A stretch of DNA of 64,000 nt from Ginglymostoma cirratum (lineage: Eukaryota). Numbering within the stretch: the first letter of the stretch is position 1; every line of letters starts with the position of its first letter. Positions 12,401-27,400 of the stretch are shown in pieces. Where the stretch lies: the NCBI GenBank assembly GCA_024137785.1, contig JAHRHZ010000095.1, forward strand, positions 1,645,851-1,709,850, written 5' to 3'. Under the pieces are notes generated by a model. That model did no database searches and had not been told where the DNA came from. It saw only the letters and a list, made by a program, of their open reading frames with translations. Made by a program: the position numbers and the translations under genes.

Positions 12401-15400
12401 TCTTTATTTTATTTTTGTGCCTCTGATTTCAGTGAATCGTTTTGTAGTCTCCAGTAATGTATGAAGCATCATCATAGCAAACTTCTCAACATTTTCTACA
12501 ACTTCACTGTCACATTTTTCTGGAGTCTTTGCTTTAACATATGGTGATGCATCTCCTATGTTGCATCATTTCCCTTGAATGTATAACATAAGAGTAATAA
12601 ATCTCATAAAACTTAATTGAAACATTTAAAGTTTTGATGGTATCACTTCAACTTCTTTGGAATACAGCGGTGTGACTGAGATCTACTTCTGTGATAGTGT
12701 GAAGACCAAGACATAGTCAGTAAATTTCTTACATGCCCCCATAGCTGCTGAAGTTTCCTTCTCAATTAATGTATATTTTCCTCTGTATCTGGTAATGATA
12801 GGAGATATTGTAGATAGATCTGCATTTTCGTCTCTTGTGTACCTGAAATAGTATTGCCCCAATCCTGTACAGGATGTGTCTGCTGCTATTATTTCAGATA
12901 ATTCTAAATCATAACATGCTAAAACTTCTGATGACAGCACCCAACCATTGATGTTTTGATAATTTCTGATGTGTTTCTTCCCAAAATCTATTCATCATCA
13001 TGATGTAGCAACTGGTGCAGTGGCTCTTAGAGCTATGTTGCATTTTTTTTCACAACTTTGCCACATGATTGACCATTCCCATTAACCTTTATAATGGTTG
13101 TTGGAGCTGAAAATTCTTTTATGATTCTAGTCTTCAATGGATAAACTTGTGTTACTCGTGCACTCTCTATGTGACCAAGAATCTTGATTGTTGGTTGTCA
13201 AAACTTGTTGAGTGTCATTGTTGTCCATTGTAGACTTCACAGCATTGCTTTCATTCTCTTGCCATTCTCAGCCTGAGTAGAGTCATTTTTCAGTGTAAGG
13301 CCTCTTAAAATATTTGACATTTGTTCTTTTAAAGATCTCTGGTGCTTGTATTGTTCCAAAGGGTAACCTGTTGAAAGTTGTGAGAAGCTTGGACTGCTCT
13401 TCTAGCAGTATGTACTAAAATGTGCTGTTACTATCTAATTTAAAGATTATTAAACCCTTCCCTAACTTTGATAAACTTCCATTTACTACTACCATTGGAT
13501 TGACTTTTCATAATTTTATTGAGTCAAATGAAATCAGTACACATTTTTATATACACATTTGGTCTCACAACTGATATAATCCCGAATCACCAACTTGATG
13601 GCCCTTTTTATGGGGGAAATATATCTTATCTGACCATTTGAGTTGCTCACCTCTTGCCCTTTGGAAGTTAAGAGTGTGGGCTGTTTCTTGGTGCATTTAA
13701 GTACATTGCACAAAATTCAGAAATGAAATCAATGTGGCATGCCATTTTAGCTTTCCCAATCCCGTAAGTGACTCTGCTTTAAAGTATCTTCGCTGACCTT
13801 CATCACTGTTTGATTATTCTATTCTGTGAATTAGGTTCAATTATACACATGCCTTCTTGCTTAACAACTCTGATTTTGAATTATCTACATTACTCAGTAA
13901 TTGTATTTTCTCTGTGCTTTAAAATAGCTGATCTCCTAGAACCTTCCATCATGTTCCTCCTTGCTCATGCAGCTTTTTACAAGATGGGTGAAGATTTTTC
14001 TTGTTTAACGATGGTTCAGTATCTGAAAAAACTGAAAGTGCTGCGCTGTACCTAAAGTATGTCCAGTGACTTTCCACCAGTTTCTCTGTGCTCCAAAAAT
14101 TTCGATTTTAGTCTCTCCTAAGAAGGATATATCAATATCTTGTGAATATTTTCTTTCATGAACTCTTTCTTTTTAAAACATTGGAATATCAGTGATTAAT
14201 TAAGCTAATAGATTTAAAAATATTAAATCGTGAAACTTCAGGCTTGCTCATGTAAAAAATTTCCACTCACATTACATATTCACAGAGCTTGATTTTATTG
14301 CTGTATAGTGACTTCTGCTTTTAGGGGCATTATTATGGACTTTGCTCACTTTGATCTGAACTTTCCTCCTGCCAGCCTTCACTACAATAATGGAAAATCA
14401 CATAAGAAAATCACACAGAACAGAGGGAGAGGAGATTTGGCAAATGTACACAAAATCATGGGTCTGTACAGAGTAGTTAAGAAAAATGGTTCCCATTGGT
14501 GAAAGAATCAAAAACATAAGGACGCAGGTTTAAGGTAATTGGCAAAAGAAGTAAAGGGAGACATGAAATGTGAGAGTGTGGTAAAGACAGACACAGTTGA
14601 AGCTTTCTAAAGGAAACTGATTCTTATCTGCAAAAGGAAGATGTGGGGGAAAAGGGAAAATGCAGTTGAGTAGCACTAAGTGAACTGTTCTTTCAAAGGA
14701 CCATTCCAGTCACGATAGGTCAAAAGGCTTATTTCTTTGCTATAACAATTCTGTGATGCTATGAGTGTTGTTTCCATTTTAATGCTGACAAGCAATTGTT
14801 AGAAGAGCTATTCTCGGAACTATAAGGGTCAAAATTCACAAAAGCTCCTTGGATAACACTTTCCAAACTCATGACTACCATCTAGAAAACAAGGATAACA
14901 GATACATTGGAACACCATTACTTGTAAGTTCCCCTCTAAGCCACTCACCATTCTGACGTAGTAATATATCACAATTCCTTTTATGTCAGTCAAAATCCTG
15001 AAGTCCCTCCCTATGACAGCATATGACAACAAATTCACTGCAGTGGTTCAAGAAGGCAGTTCACCACCACCACCTTAAAAGGTAACTAGGGATGAGAAAT
15101 AAATGCTTGCCCAGCCAATGATGCGAACCTCACATCTGTTCACTCTGTGTTTAATGCCATCCTGATGTTGTTTAAGAATTCCCAATTTATTACAACTTCT
15201 TCTCACCCACCACCCCCCTGATAGTGATGGCAATGAAATACAGCCAAGCTTGGTTCATTTTAGTATTTAAGCCTGGAATTGCAAACAGTACCATGCAATA
15301 CACTGCTGCTAACTATTCAATGATGTTTCTGCCATTTTACTGAAGACACTAATGAATGTAACTCTCTGCCTGATATTGCAGGTGGTCCAGGAGCTGTACC

Positions 15401-18400
15401 TGGAGCTCAGCCAGGTGTTGTACCCGGTAAGTTTTTTTTTTCCAGAAGTTAGATGGAAAACCTGTTTAGAGTCCACTGTAAGAATGTTCCAGCTGGATCT
15501 TAACCTTTTAACATGCCTTTGGAAATTAGGCACTGTAAAATAATTCCAAAATGAATACTTTGAAATTCAACAAATATAAACATACTTCAGTACAAAATTG
15601 GAAAAAGTGAATGGTAAATGCTATTATCCTTTATTAATCATCTTTTACAAATTACAAGAAAATGACATAACTTGTTTACTTCCAAGAAACACAGTTTAAT
15701 TTGCAAATAAATTATTGTCTGGTCATTATAAATGGATTAGCAGAGCTAATTCCTTTGCCTATAAAACCGTAGCATCCTCACCATAGCAGCAGTTCACTAT
15801 TTTCCATAGCTATAAAAATTTGGCTTGCTAGTCTTTGCATAAAATTGGGACAAGATTTTATCCTTTGCAAAGGTGCAATTTAGATTTAAATGCTCATCCG
15901 TCTAACGCCTGTGGTGGTAAAACAGGAAGAGACTATATATTTGGACAAGATCATTCCTTGGATAAATATGGCTAAATAAATGATACCCAATGCAGATTTA
16001 TGAAAGATGTTAAAGTTTTGGCTGCTAATTTTAGTTGACTTTTTTTTAATGAAATAAAAAAGAGAATTGATGGATTTAGGGAAATTAGTGTTGTGTATGG
16101 ACTTCAATAAATACTTGATTAAAAATGTGATCAGTATTATCAAAAAAGAATGTAAGAGAGGAAACAGGAGTGAGAGTAGGCAATAAAGGCCAAAATTCTA
16201 TTTGCCTGCTTAAGTACTTGCTGCACCTTCTTGCTAAAACTTTGTGTTTCATATTCGAGAATACCAAAGTCCCTCTATGTTGCCCTTTATTGAAATTTTT
16301 CTCCATTTAAATAATAGCCTACCTTTTAACTCAAAAGTGCAAGACTTCACAATTTGCTACAAAAATTTCATGTGCCAACATTTTGCCCACTCACTCAACT
16401 TATTTATATACCCTTTAAGATTCCTTACATTCTCATCACAGTATGTCATTCCACCTATTTTTATATCATCAGCAAATATGGATACATTATACTCTGATCC
16501 CTCCTCTAAGTCTTTAATATAGGTAATAAATATTTGAGGCCATCGGACATGCTTATGGCATTCCACTAATTAATCTTTCCAACCTGAAAAACACCCATTA
16601 ATGTCAACCCTGTGTCTTCTGTGTGTTAATCCTCAATTCTTGCTCAAATATTAACCACAATATTCTGAACTTTATCGTATGCAATGACGTTTTATGTAGC
16701 ACTTTATCAAATGTATTCTGGTAACCCAAATACACTACACCTACCGGTTGTCCTTTATCAACTCTGCTTGGTATATCCCCAATGAATTCTTGCAAATTTG
16801 TTGAACATGATTTCCTTTTCATAAAACCATGTTGACTCTCTTTAACTATGGCAAATTTTTCCAAATGTTTTGCTATTTCTTCCCCAATAGTGGACTGTAG
16901 CATTTTCCAAACAAAAGATGTTAAGCTTATTGTTTCCTGCTTTCTTTCTCTCCTATCACCCTCCTCTCCCCAACTTTCATGAACGGGGATGTCATGTTGG
17001 TGGTTTTCCGATTCTGTATTGGCTCAAATTATCTGCCATTTTCTTGTTCCCTCCTAACAATTTACGAGTCACATCCTCCAAGGGTCACACACTGAGTTAA
17101 CTATTCTCTTTAATTTAATAAACTTGTAGAAGCTCTTGGTGTTTGTTTTTATATGTCTTTCAAATTTATTTCCAAAATAAGTTTTCACCCTTTTTATTAG
17201 ATTTTTAGCCATCTACCACTGGTTCCTAAAACAAACTCAATCCTATGATAACAAGCATGGGGCTGGATGAACACAGCAGGTCAAGCAGCATCATAGGAGC
17301 AGGAAAACTTGACGTTTCGGGCCTAAACCCTTCATCACTAGCTTTTGCCGCTTTGTATACTTTAATTTTTGGTTGGGCTACCTTCTTGACTACCTTTTTT
17401 AATGACAGGTAGTTCAAGCTTCTTGCCTTGAGTACATCTTTGCTGAGTGTTATGAAATATCTCTTTAAATGGTTCACGATTTATTCTATGGAAAGTTAAC
17501 TCTTTGGAATTTGCAAAAGACTTCCACTCATGACCTTTTTCCTTGCTGTTCCTTATTTCTACCCAAACTAGTTCCTCATTGTGATCTATTACATCTATAT
17601 CATTACTCAGCATTGCACTGACACCTTCCTTTATTAACAATGATACCTCAGCTCTTGTCTATTGTTTTTCCAGAACATCAAATGCCTTTGAATATTGAGT
17701 TCCCATCCTGGTGACCCTGCAACCACAACTCCATAAAAGTTAGCAAATGATAATCTTTCATTTTTAACCATGCTGTAAGTTCATCAAATCTGTTACAAAT
17801 GTTGTGTTCATTCAGATAAAGAGCTTTTAGCTTGGACTTTTTACTATTATTCCTTATTCTGGTTCTAATTTCTACTGGACCATTCTATTTATGTTTTCTG
17901 TCCCTTCCTGTCACCCTTTGATTATCATTCACCTCTTCACTACCTTGCACCTCTACTCTTCCATTTATTTTTTATTTTTTAGGCTTTGCTTCAGTTGAAA
18001 TCTCCACCTGCTAATTCATTTAAAACCATCTTCAAACCTAATTATATGAATTTCAGGCACACTGGTCCCAGCATGAAGCCCACCCCAATAGAACAGCTCT
18101 CTCTTTCCCCAATACTGTTGCCAATGCCACCTGATTCAGAATCCATTTCTCCCACACTAATCTTTCAGCTATAAATTTACTTCACTAACCTTACTTATCC
18201 CATATCAATTTGCAAGTGTCTCAAGTAGAGAACCTTTGTGATTTTGCTTTCTCATTTAGGCCCAAACTGCTCATAATCCCTCAACAGAACCTCTTTCATA
18301 GTCCTACCTTTGTTGATAGTACCTTCATGGACCATGACAATTGGATCCTTCTTCTCCAACTCTAAGTTCTTATCCAGCATAGATGACATGCACCTTGGCA

Positions 18401-21400
18401 TCGGATAGGCAACTCAGCTTTCAGAACTCCTCTATCTTTTAAGAGCTGAAAAATTTTCAGAGCTAAATATTCCAGAGCTGGGTCACGGAGTGCTAGCAAT
18501 ATAAATGACTTCTAACTAGGTACATCATTACCAAACTGTAGCCATCTCTCCAGCATTGAGTTTGTTGATCTCTGACTAAGAATGAAAGAAACTTAACTTT
18601 ACTGGTAAATTGCAGTTCAAAGTTAAATAAAAACTTGGTCAACACAGTGTAGACCTGGATAAACACAGCTGGTCTGGCAGCATCAGAGGAGCAGAAGAGT
18701 CGACATTTTGGATCAGGGCCCTTCATCAAGACTGGGTAAGGGGAAGGAAGCTGGGAAATAAATAGAGGGAGGAGGCGTTGGACTCCGGGAACGTAGGTAG
18801 AATGGCGATGGGTGGATCCGATGTGGCTTCCTGTACATCAGTGACACTCAGCGCAGACTCGGTGAATGATTCGTGGAGCATCTGTGCTCCATACACTATA
18901 ATCATCAACACCTTCTGGTTGCTAACCATTTCAACACCCCCTCCCACTCCCTGGGTGACATGTCCGTCCTGGGCCTCATCCAGTGCCATGACGCCTCTTG
19001 CAAACTGGAGGAGCAACACCTCATATTCCGCCTCGGGAGCCTACAGCCCAATGGCCTTAACATAGAGATCACCAGTTTTAAAATCTCCCCAGCCCTCCTT
19101 CTCATCCCCGCCTCCTTGACCTGACACAACTTTTCCATCTTCTCCCCCACCTATCTGCCCCATTCTTGCCACTGACCAATCCCTACCTAATCCACCTATC
19201 ACCATCCCACCTACCTTCTCCCAGCCCAACCCTTCCTCCCTGTATTTATTTCCCAGCTCCCTTCCTCCTCCCCTACTCCTGATGAAAAGTCCCGACCCGA
19301 AATGTCAACTCTCCTGCTCCTCTGATGCTGCCTGACCTGCTCTGTTCCTCCAGCTCCCTACTCTGTTGACTCTGATTCCAGCACCTGCAGTTATTGCTAT
19401 TTCTAAATACAAACTTGACTGGATTTCAGAATAAAAATCCCTCAGTTACCAAATTTGCAAGCTCACAACCTGTCTTGGTTCATAGTTATAAACTGCCACA
19501 TTTGGGGTTGTTTATTTATGTGCTTAGCAAGAAACGTTGATTTATACAAGCTGAAATTCTACAAAATTCAGCTAAGCATTGCCTTAGGCAAGGTGGATCT
19601 GAATTAATCAAAAACAGCTGGAATCTCCAAGGAATAAGCTATACGGTTTCTAGCTTTGTCTCCTCAACTGAACAGTGCTCAACAAAAAGTGAAAAATCAT
19701 CACAGTTCTATTGATAACTCATAGTAGTAGTCCAGCTGTAGCATAAGTTAAAAATATAAAAAGTAAACCCTTTCAAACAGGAAGTGAGAGGGCTACTAAA
19801 GCTAAAATTGCTATAAAAAGTATTTGTTAGCTGCACTAATTTTTATTGTCACTGCCTGATGCCCTGAAGAGGTTAGAATCAAAAATAAGTTATATGAGAA
19901 TGATTACATCATCTGTGGTATCATCTTCTTTGTGAGGTATCCATTGATTTCTTTGAGGAAGAGGTGGCAATTTTGGATGCTTTCGATAAATAGTAAATTT
20001 GCTGTGTATAGTGCTTGAAAATTGCTGAAAAGCAAAGTGCTGGTTCGGTGTCATGTCGGTATGCTATACATCCAAAAGTTGGTGGTTCACATCATGAGTG
20101 CAAGATGAAATAATTTGACAAAATGTTTCTTTTTACAGCTTTCCAGGATGATGTAACTTACTGTTTGATTGCCACTACTTCTTGGTTCCTGCAGCTTTTA
20201 TGTAATTGGTGGATTCCTCATTACTACACAATTAGAGTAATGTTTCAGTACCACCTTAACAGTCCAAACATTGAGCGTCTTCATACCTAATACGACCTTC
20301 TTCTCAGAAATAGAGATGTTCCTCTGAATTTCACAAAGGTTAATCTGCTGAACCTAAAGGTCTTCTGAGGTTGGTTGGCTCGCCAAACTGGTTTCTTGTA
20401 TTGCAGATGTTTTGTTACCATGCTTGGTAACATCCTCAGTGCAGCCTCCGATGAAGTGTCGGTGTGTTTTCCCGCCTGGCTTTTAAATTCTGGAGTCCTT
20501 TGAGCTGGATTGCCTCACTTCCGGTTTTCCTTCGTAGTGGAATGTATATGGGGTCGAGTTCAATGTGTTTATTAATAGCATACTTCGTGGAGTGCTAGGC
20601 TTCTAGGAATTCTCGTGCCTGTCTGTGCCCAGCTTGTCCCAGGGTTTTAGTGCTGTCCCAGTCAAAATGGTAGTTCTCCTTGTCCATGTGGATTGAGATG
20701 AGTGAGTATTGGTCGTGTTGTTTTGTAGCCAGTTGGTGTTCATGTACCCTTGTTGTTAGTTTCCTTCCTGTTTGTCTGATGTAGTGTTTCTCACAGTCTC
20801 TGCAGGAGATCTTGTAGATGACATTGGTCCTGTCCATGGCGGGGAGTGGGTCTTTAGTGCAAGTGAGCAGTTGTCGTAGGGTTGACGTAGGCTTGTGTGC
20901 CACTCTGATGCCCAACGGTCGCAGGAGTCTTGTGGTGAGTTCCGATGTGTTCCTGATGTAGGGTAGTGTGATGAGTGTGTTGGGACGTGTAGTATCTTCC
21001 TAATGTTGTTTGTGTAGGCATCTTCTGACCCAGTTTTTTGGATATCCATTATCCCTGAAAACCTGGAAGAGGTATTCTTCTTCCTCTTGGCATAGCTCCG
21101 TGTTGCTGCAGTGTGTTGTTGCCCTTTTAAACAGTGTTCGCATGCAGCTTCGTTTGTGCGTGCTGAGATGGTGTTGAAGTTCAGTACCTGGTCTGTGTGT
21201 GTGACTTTTCTGTGTACTTTCATTTGCAGTTCCCTATTTGTCTTACGCTCTGCCATGACATCCAGGAATGGGAGCTGTTTATTTTTCTCTTCCTCTCTGG
21301 TGAATTTTATTCCGGTGAAGGTGTTGTTTATAAGTTTGTGTGTTTCCTCTAATTTGGTCTTCTTGAAGGTCTTCTTATGCTTCTTTGTTCAAATCACAAC

Positions 21401-24400
21401 CTAGTAGTTTCAACCAGAACTGATAAACATAGACAATATATGCAAAGTTCAGCAATCAATCCAGCAGGAAGTATATAGTTGTAAATTTGTTATGACAAAG
21501 CCACATGCACAGGAGATGAATCAGCACCCTCTTTTCCCTCTATCCTATCCTGATAGTTGTGAGTTCATCTTTTTGGACCATATCAATCACTGTGTCTTTT
21601 TGCAAGATCACCCAAATTTGAATAATTGCAGTTTAACAAACTGGCTGTTTTTTGTCATTCTTTCGAGGATGAGCATTTTGTAAATGATCAAATTTCTTTC
21701 ATTCTTTTTGAACTTCATAATAGAACTCTTACTATGTTGTTGATGCTTCACTGATAGCTATAGTGGTAAATTTCATGCATGCCTCGTGCAGAACCATCAT
21801 CAGCAATCAATCATTTATTTTAATAAGTCTGTCAATTCTTTGTCATTTCAGGTGCAGCTGCTGCAGCCAAAGCTGCAAAATATGGAGGTAAATTTTAATA
21901 CTTGATATATCATATTTAGTTGTTAGCTTATAAAAACATTAAATATTATACAGGCTTTGAAGGTGGAATAAAGTTGTGTTCAAATTAAAATGAATAAATA
22001 TCCCTGGTCTGTAGCATGTACAATATATCATCAAAAGTCTGCCTTCATCTAAATAATAATGTTATGAACGTGTTTCTTCATTAATGATGTGTGATTCGTA
22101 TAATTCTCTATTTTTAGAATAAACACTTTTCTGTTTTAAAAAGAAGCCCTTTGGCCAATTGTGTTTGTGCCAGTCATCAATAATCTATCTATTATAATCC
22201 AATTTTCCAGAACTTGACCTATAGCCTTGCATGCTATGGCATTTCAAATTCTCATCAAAAGATTACTTAAATATCTTGAGGGTTCCCACCTTGACCACCA
22301 TTCTAGACATAGAGTTCCAGATATCCAACACAATCTGGGTGGAAAAGTTTTTCCTCAAAAACCCTCTAAACACCTGCTCCTTTGTTTAAAACTGTGCTTC
22401 TGGTTATAGACTTCTTCACTAAGGGAAAAAGTTTATCATTATCCACTCTGTCTATGCCCCTCGTAACTTTGTGCACCTCAGTCAGGTCCTCTCTCAGCCA
22501 TCTGTGCTCTGAGGCAAATAAATCTAACATCGAGTCTATCGTCAAAGCTGAATTGCTTCAGCTTTAGGCATCATATTGGTGAATCACCTCTGCACCATCT
22601 CTAGTGCAGTCACACCCTTCCTATAATTTGGTGACCAGAACTGCACAGTATTTCAATTGCTGCCTAACTAACATTATACGTACAGCTCCATCATAACATC
22701 CTTGTGATCTCAATACAATCAGCTTTAATGAAACCAATTGACTAATTTATTAGAATTCTTTAGGGATGTACATTCATTGCCAAAAAGTATTTGACAAAGT
22801 TCCATAACATTGGATTCTACAAAAATTAAGATCTTCTAATGGAGGGGGTATGATATTAGCATGGATAGAAGATTGGTTAGCTAGCATGGAAATGATAATA
22901 GGCATAAAATTGCAATTTGTGGTTTGGCGAGATGTAATGTGTAGAGTACCACACAATCAGTTTTACTGCCTCAGCTGTTTACAAGCCAAATCAATGACTT
23001 CCATGAAGGGGATGAATGTTGTAAGATTTGCTGATGAGATGAAGATAGGTGAGAAAGCAAGTTGTGAAGAAGACATGAGAGGAGTCTGCAAAGGGATATA
23101 GATAGCTTAAGTGAGTGGACAAAAAAATTGGGCAAGTGAAATATGATATGGCAAAATTTGAACTTATCCACTGGCAGGAAGAATTGAAAAAAGCATATTA
23201 TTTAAATGAAGAGAGATTGCAGAGCACTGCAGTTTAGAGTGATATAGGTGTCCTGGCAGAAGAATTTTAAAAAGTGTTAAATGCAGGGACAAGTGTTTAG
23301 TGAAGAAAATGGATTTTTCTTATTCTTCATTCACTGGATGCAGTCATCAGTGGCTAGGCCAGCATTTACTGCCAATCTCTAATTGCCTAAGAGAAGGTGG
23401 TGTTCAGCTACCATCTTGAACTGCTGCTGTTCATGTGGTGTAGGCAAACCCACAGTGGTATCAGGGCAGAAATTCCAGCAACAGTGAGGGAACAGCACTA
23501 TAGTTGCAAGTCATGGTGGTACATGACTTGAAGGGGAACTTGTAAGTGTTGACATACACTTTTCCTTCTGGGTGGTAGAGTTGCTGGTTTGAAAGGTTGT
23601 GTTTAAGGAGCCTTGGTGTTTTGTTACAGGCATCTTGTAGACATTAGATGGGGTGAGAATCAAATGGGCTGCTGTGTCCTGTGTGATGTTGGAGTTGGAG
23701 TTGGAGTTGTTGGAGTTACCGTCCTCCAAGCAAGTAGATAGCATTCCATCACATTTCTGACTTGTGCCTTGTTGATGGTAAACTGACTTTACGGAGTCAG
23801 GAGGTAAGTTACTAAGCTGCAGAATTCCAAGCCTGTGCTTTGCTTTTAAAATCACAGTATTTAAATGGCTAGTCCAGTTCAGTTTCTGGTTGCTGGTACC
23901 CCTAGGATGTTAATGGTAGGAGATTCAGTGATGGTAATGCCATTGAATGTCAAGGAACAATGCTTAGATTCTCTCCTGATGGAGATGGTCATTGTCTGGC
24001 ACATATTTGGTAAGAATGTTGCTAGCTGCCTATTAGGCTGGGCTCAAATGTCGTCAGGATCTTGCTGCATGTGCTTCAGTATCTGAAGAGTCATGAATAC
24101 TACTGAATATTGTGCAATCATCAACAAATACAGCTGAACATCATGCAGTCATCAAAGAACATCCCTACTTCTGACCTGACAGTGAATGGAAGGTCATTGA
24201 TGAAGCAACCGAAGGTGGTCGGGCATAGGCCACCAGCCTATCTCTTGCAGTGATATCCTATCGCTGAGATTATTGGCATCTAACAACCACTATCATTTTC
24301 CTTTGTTCTACGTTTGACTGCCCCAGCAAAGATTTTCCCCTGATTCACATTGACTTCATTTCACACAGGGACCTTGATGCCACAATCAGTGAAATGCTGC

Positions 24401-27400
24401 CTTGCTGTAAAAGGCAGTCACCCTTGCTTCATCTCTTTGAGTTCTGCTCTTTTTTCCATATTTTGACTAAGACTGTGGTGAGCTTAGGAATTGATTTGAA
24501 CAAACGGAACCTAACTGAGTGTCAAGAAACAGATTATTGTTGCGTAAATGCTACTTGAATGCACTATTAACTACAACTTGCATCACCTTTCTGATAAGAG
24601 CGAACTAATAATGTGGTAATTAGCTGTGTGAGATTGGTCCTGCTTTTTATCGATTGATCAAAACTGAAAATTTTCATATTGTAAGGTAACTACTATTTTA
24701 ACTGTGCTGAAACAGCTTGTCTAATGGTGTGGCTAGTCCAGGGGCCTCAAGCCATCAGTGGTATTAATGGAGTGTTGTCAGCATCCATTGCCTTTACAAC
24801 ATCCCGTGCCATCAGCTGTTTTTTGATATTACATGGAGTGAATAAGATTGGCTGAAGGCTGGCATCTGTGATGCTGGGCCCTAGGAAGAGAGTGAAGTGA
24901 ATTGTCAGCACAGCACTTTTGACTGAAGATTAATGCTTCAGCTTTGTCTTTTGCACTGGTGTGCTGGGACCCATCATGGAGCATGGCGATATTTGTGAAA
25001 CATCCTCCTTCAATGAGTTGTTAATTGTCCAACCTAATTCGTGACTGGATGTAGCAGGACACAAGGCTTAGACCTGATTCATTGCTTGTGAGGTCACTTG
25101 AATAGATCTGTCGATAAGCTGCTGCAAGTGGTCCTGTGTTATGTCTTCACTAGCCTGACAGCTGCCTGAAACCTGTGGGCCTGTAGTTGTAATCAACAGG
25201 AGGTTTTCTTATCCATGTTTGACCTGATGCCATAGACTCTGTGGGGTCCAGAGTCAATGTTAGAACTCTTAGTAAAATCTTTCCCAACTGTAACCACTCT
25301 GATAGATCCAACCTGCAGTGAAATGATGTGTTGCTCTCTGCAACATAGTCATTCTCACAGAATCAGACACTACAATATCAGACTGTTGCTTGACTAGTCA
25401 GTGGAACAGCTCTCCCAAGTTTGACACAAGCCAAAGAAAGGAATACTTTGCAGGGTTGGCAGAGCTGGTTGTGTCTTGGGTGTTTCTGGTGCCGTGATCC
25501 ATGGCAGCTGGCCTGCTCAGTTTCATTTACATGATCAAACTTTACCACCAGTGGTTAGATTCAACTCTGGCTTGCTGGGCCCTTTCAGAGAGCATTTAAG
25601 ACTCAATCAGATTACTATGGATCCGAACCATGTAGGCCACACCAGATGAGGATGGAAGATTTTCCTTTCCTAAGGGGCAACAGTGAAACAATGTTTTTTT
25701 ACAGAAACCAGCAATGGTTTTGTGGTCATAATCCGACTTACTTTTTTAATTCCATATTTATTAATTGAATTCAAATTTGACGATCTGCCATGTTGGAATT
25801 CAAGCCAATGTTCCCAGAACTTTTGCGGGGTTCACTGGAACACTAGTCCACTTAGGATGCAGAATCCACATTTAACAATTCCACATTGAGCTTTCTTTTA
25901 CTTTAACATTAAGTTATTGGATTCTGAAGCCTAGTTGCACATCATGAGATAGATTTGTTTTAACATTGTTTACTGTAGTACCTGACACAATGCACACCAC
26001 TTTAGCGCAAATACTCCTATTCACTGATATGGCCTATGCCCAATGCCTGCTTTAGGGCTGCACCAAGGAATGCCCAGCCACCAGGCCCCACAAAATTACT
26101 TGATGGAACAGCCACCAAACCGTGGTCATATTGCACCTGCAGCCCAACAGCATCCACCCCGAGAGGCTGTCATGCTTTCCACTACCAAACCAACACACTT
26201 GTAAGTATCAGCCCAGGACCCTCTCAGACACAACAGATTGCCACTCCTTGCCAGCTGGTGATCATCTGCAGAGAATCTGCTTGAATCAGATTGGAAGACC
26301 CCATTCTAGCCACCTGCCCATCTGACCCCTGTCCCCCATAGCTCCAAAGCACAAGCTATAATGGAGCTCCACAGTCTACTTGAGCCATTCCTTCTCCCCA
26401 AGGCACTAAACTTACAGTCAGTAAAACAGTGCAGTGATGTGCTCAAATTTCATTGGATTAGAGAACACTTCAGCAGGGGGTGGTGATGGCCTACTGGTAT
26501 TATCGCTGGACTGTTAATCCAGAGATCCAGATAATGTTCTGGGGACCTGGGTTTGAATCCACGGCAGATGGTGGAATTTGAATTCAATAAAAATATCTGG
26601 AATTAAGAATCTAATGATGACCATGAATCCATTGCCAATTATCTGAAAAACCCATCTGGTTCACTAATGCCCTTTAGGGAAGGAAACTGCCATCCTTACC
26701 TGGCCTGGCCTGGCCTACATGTGACTCCAGACCCACAGCAATGTGGTTGATTCTGAACTGCCCTCTGGGCAATTAGGGATGGATAATAAATGCTGCCTAG
26801 CCAATGACGCCCTCATCCCCTTAAAGAAGAATAAAAAGACACTTCCGACTTGTAGCATGAGCAAAGTCAATGTTGCCTACCAGCCATAAGTCACAATCTA
26901 ATCCCAGCCACAGTTCAAACCCCACCAGGAGGTTAGGGAGGAAGGTCAAGGTCCCACAACCAGCCAAGAGGAGCAACTCAACTAAAGGTGTGTCGAGTGG
27001 ACCCCAGAGGTGGTGGCAGCTAGCAAAAAGGAGCAACACAGATCTGAAAAACTGTGCCAAAGGCAACAACTATGTTGGAGCCAGGAATGAGCAATAACCC
27101 CAACAGGTGGCTCAGACCCTGATGAACAAAGGAGCCCCAGTGCAGGCCCTGGGCAGTGGTGCTTCAATCTTCATTCTCAGATGTTCCACTGCAGGAGGTT
27201 CTGTTTATTAAATGTTACATTTTTATAAATTTGTTATTTTAACAGGAAATTTAAATCACCAAATGGGTATTTAGCCATTTAACATATTGTATTTCAATTT
27301 TGATTCAACAAATATAACGCTTTGAATTTTTTTTCTGCCAAGGAAGTCAAAATGGAACCTAACTCCAGTTTAAACATTGAGTCCTATGGGAAACAATGCT

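Noticed and set aside
23685-23720. (gttgga)n repeat resembling VG elastin codons
   Set aside because: A microsatellite inside a minus-strand LINE, with no suitable splice sites.
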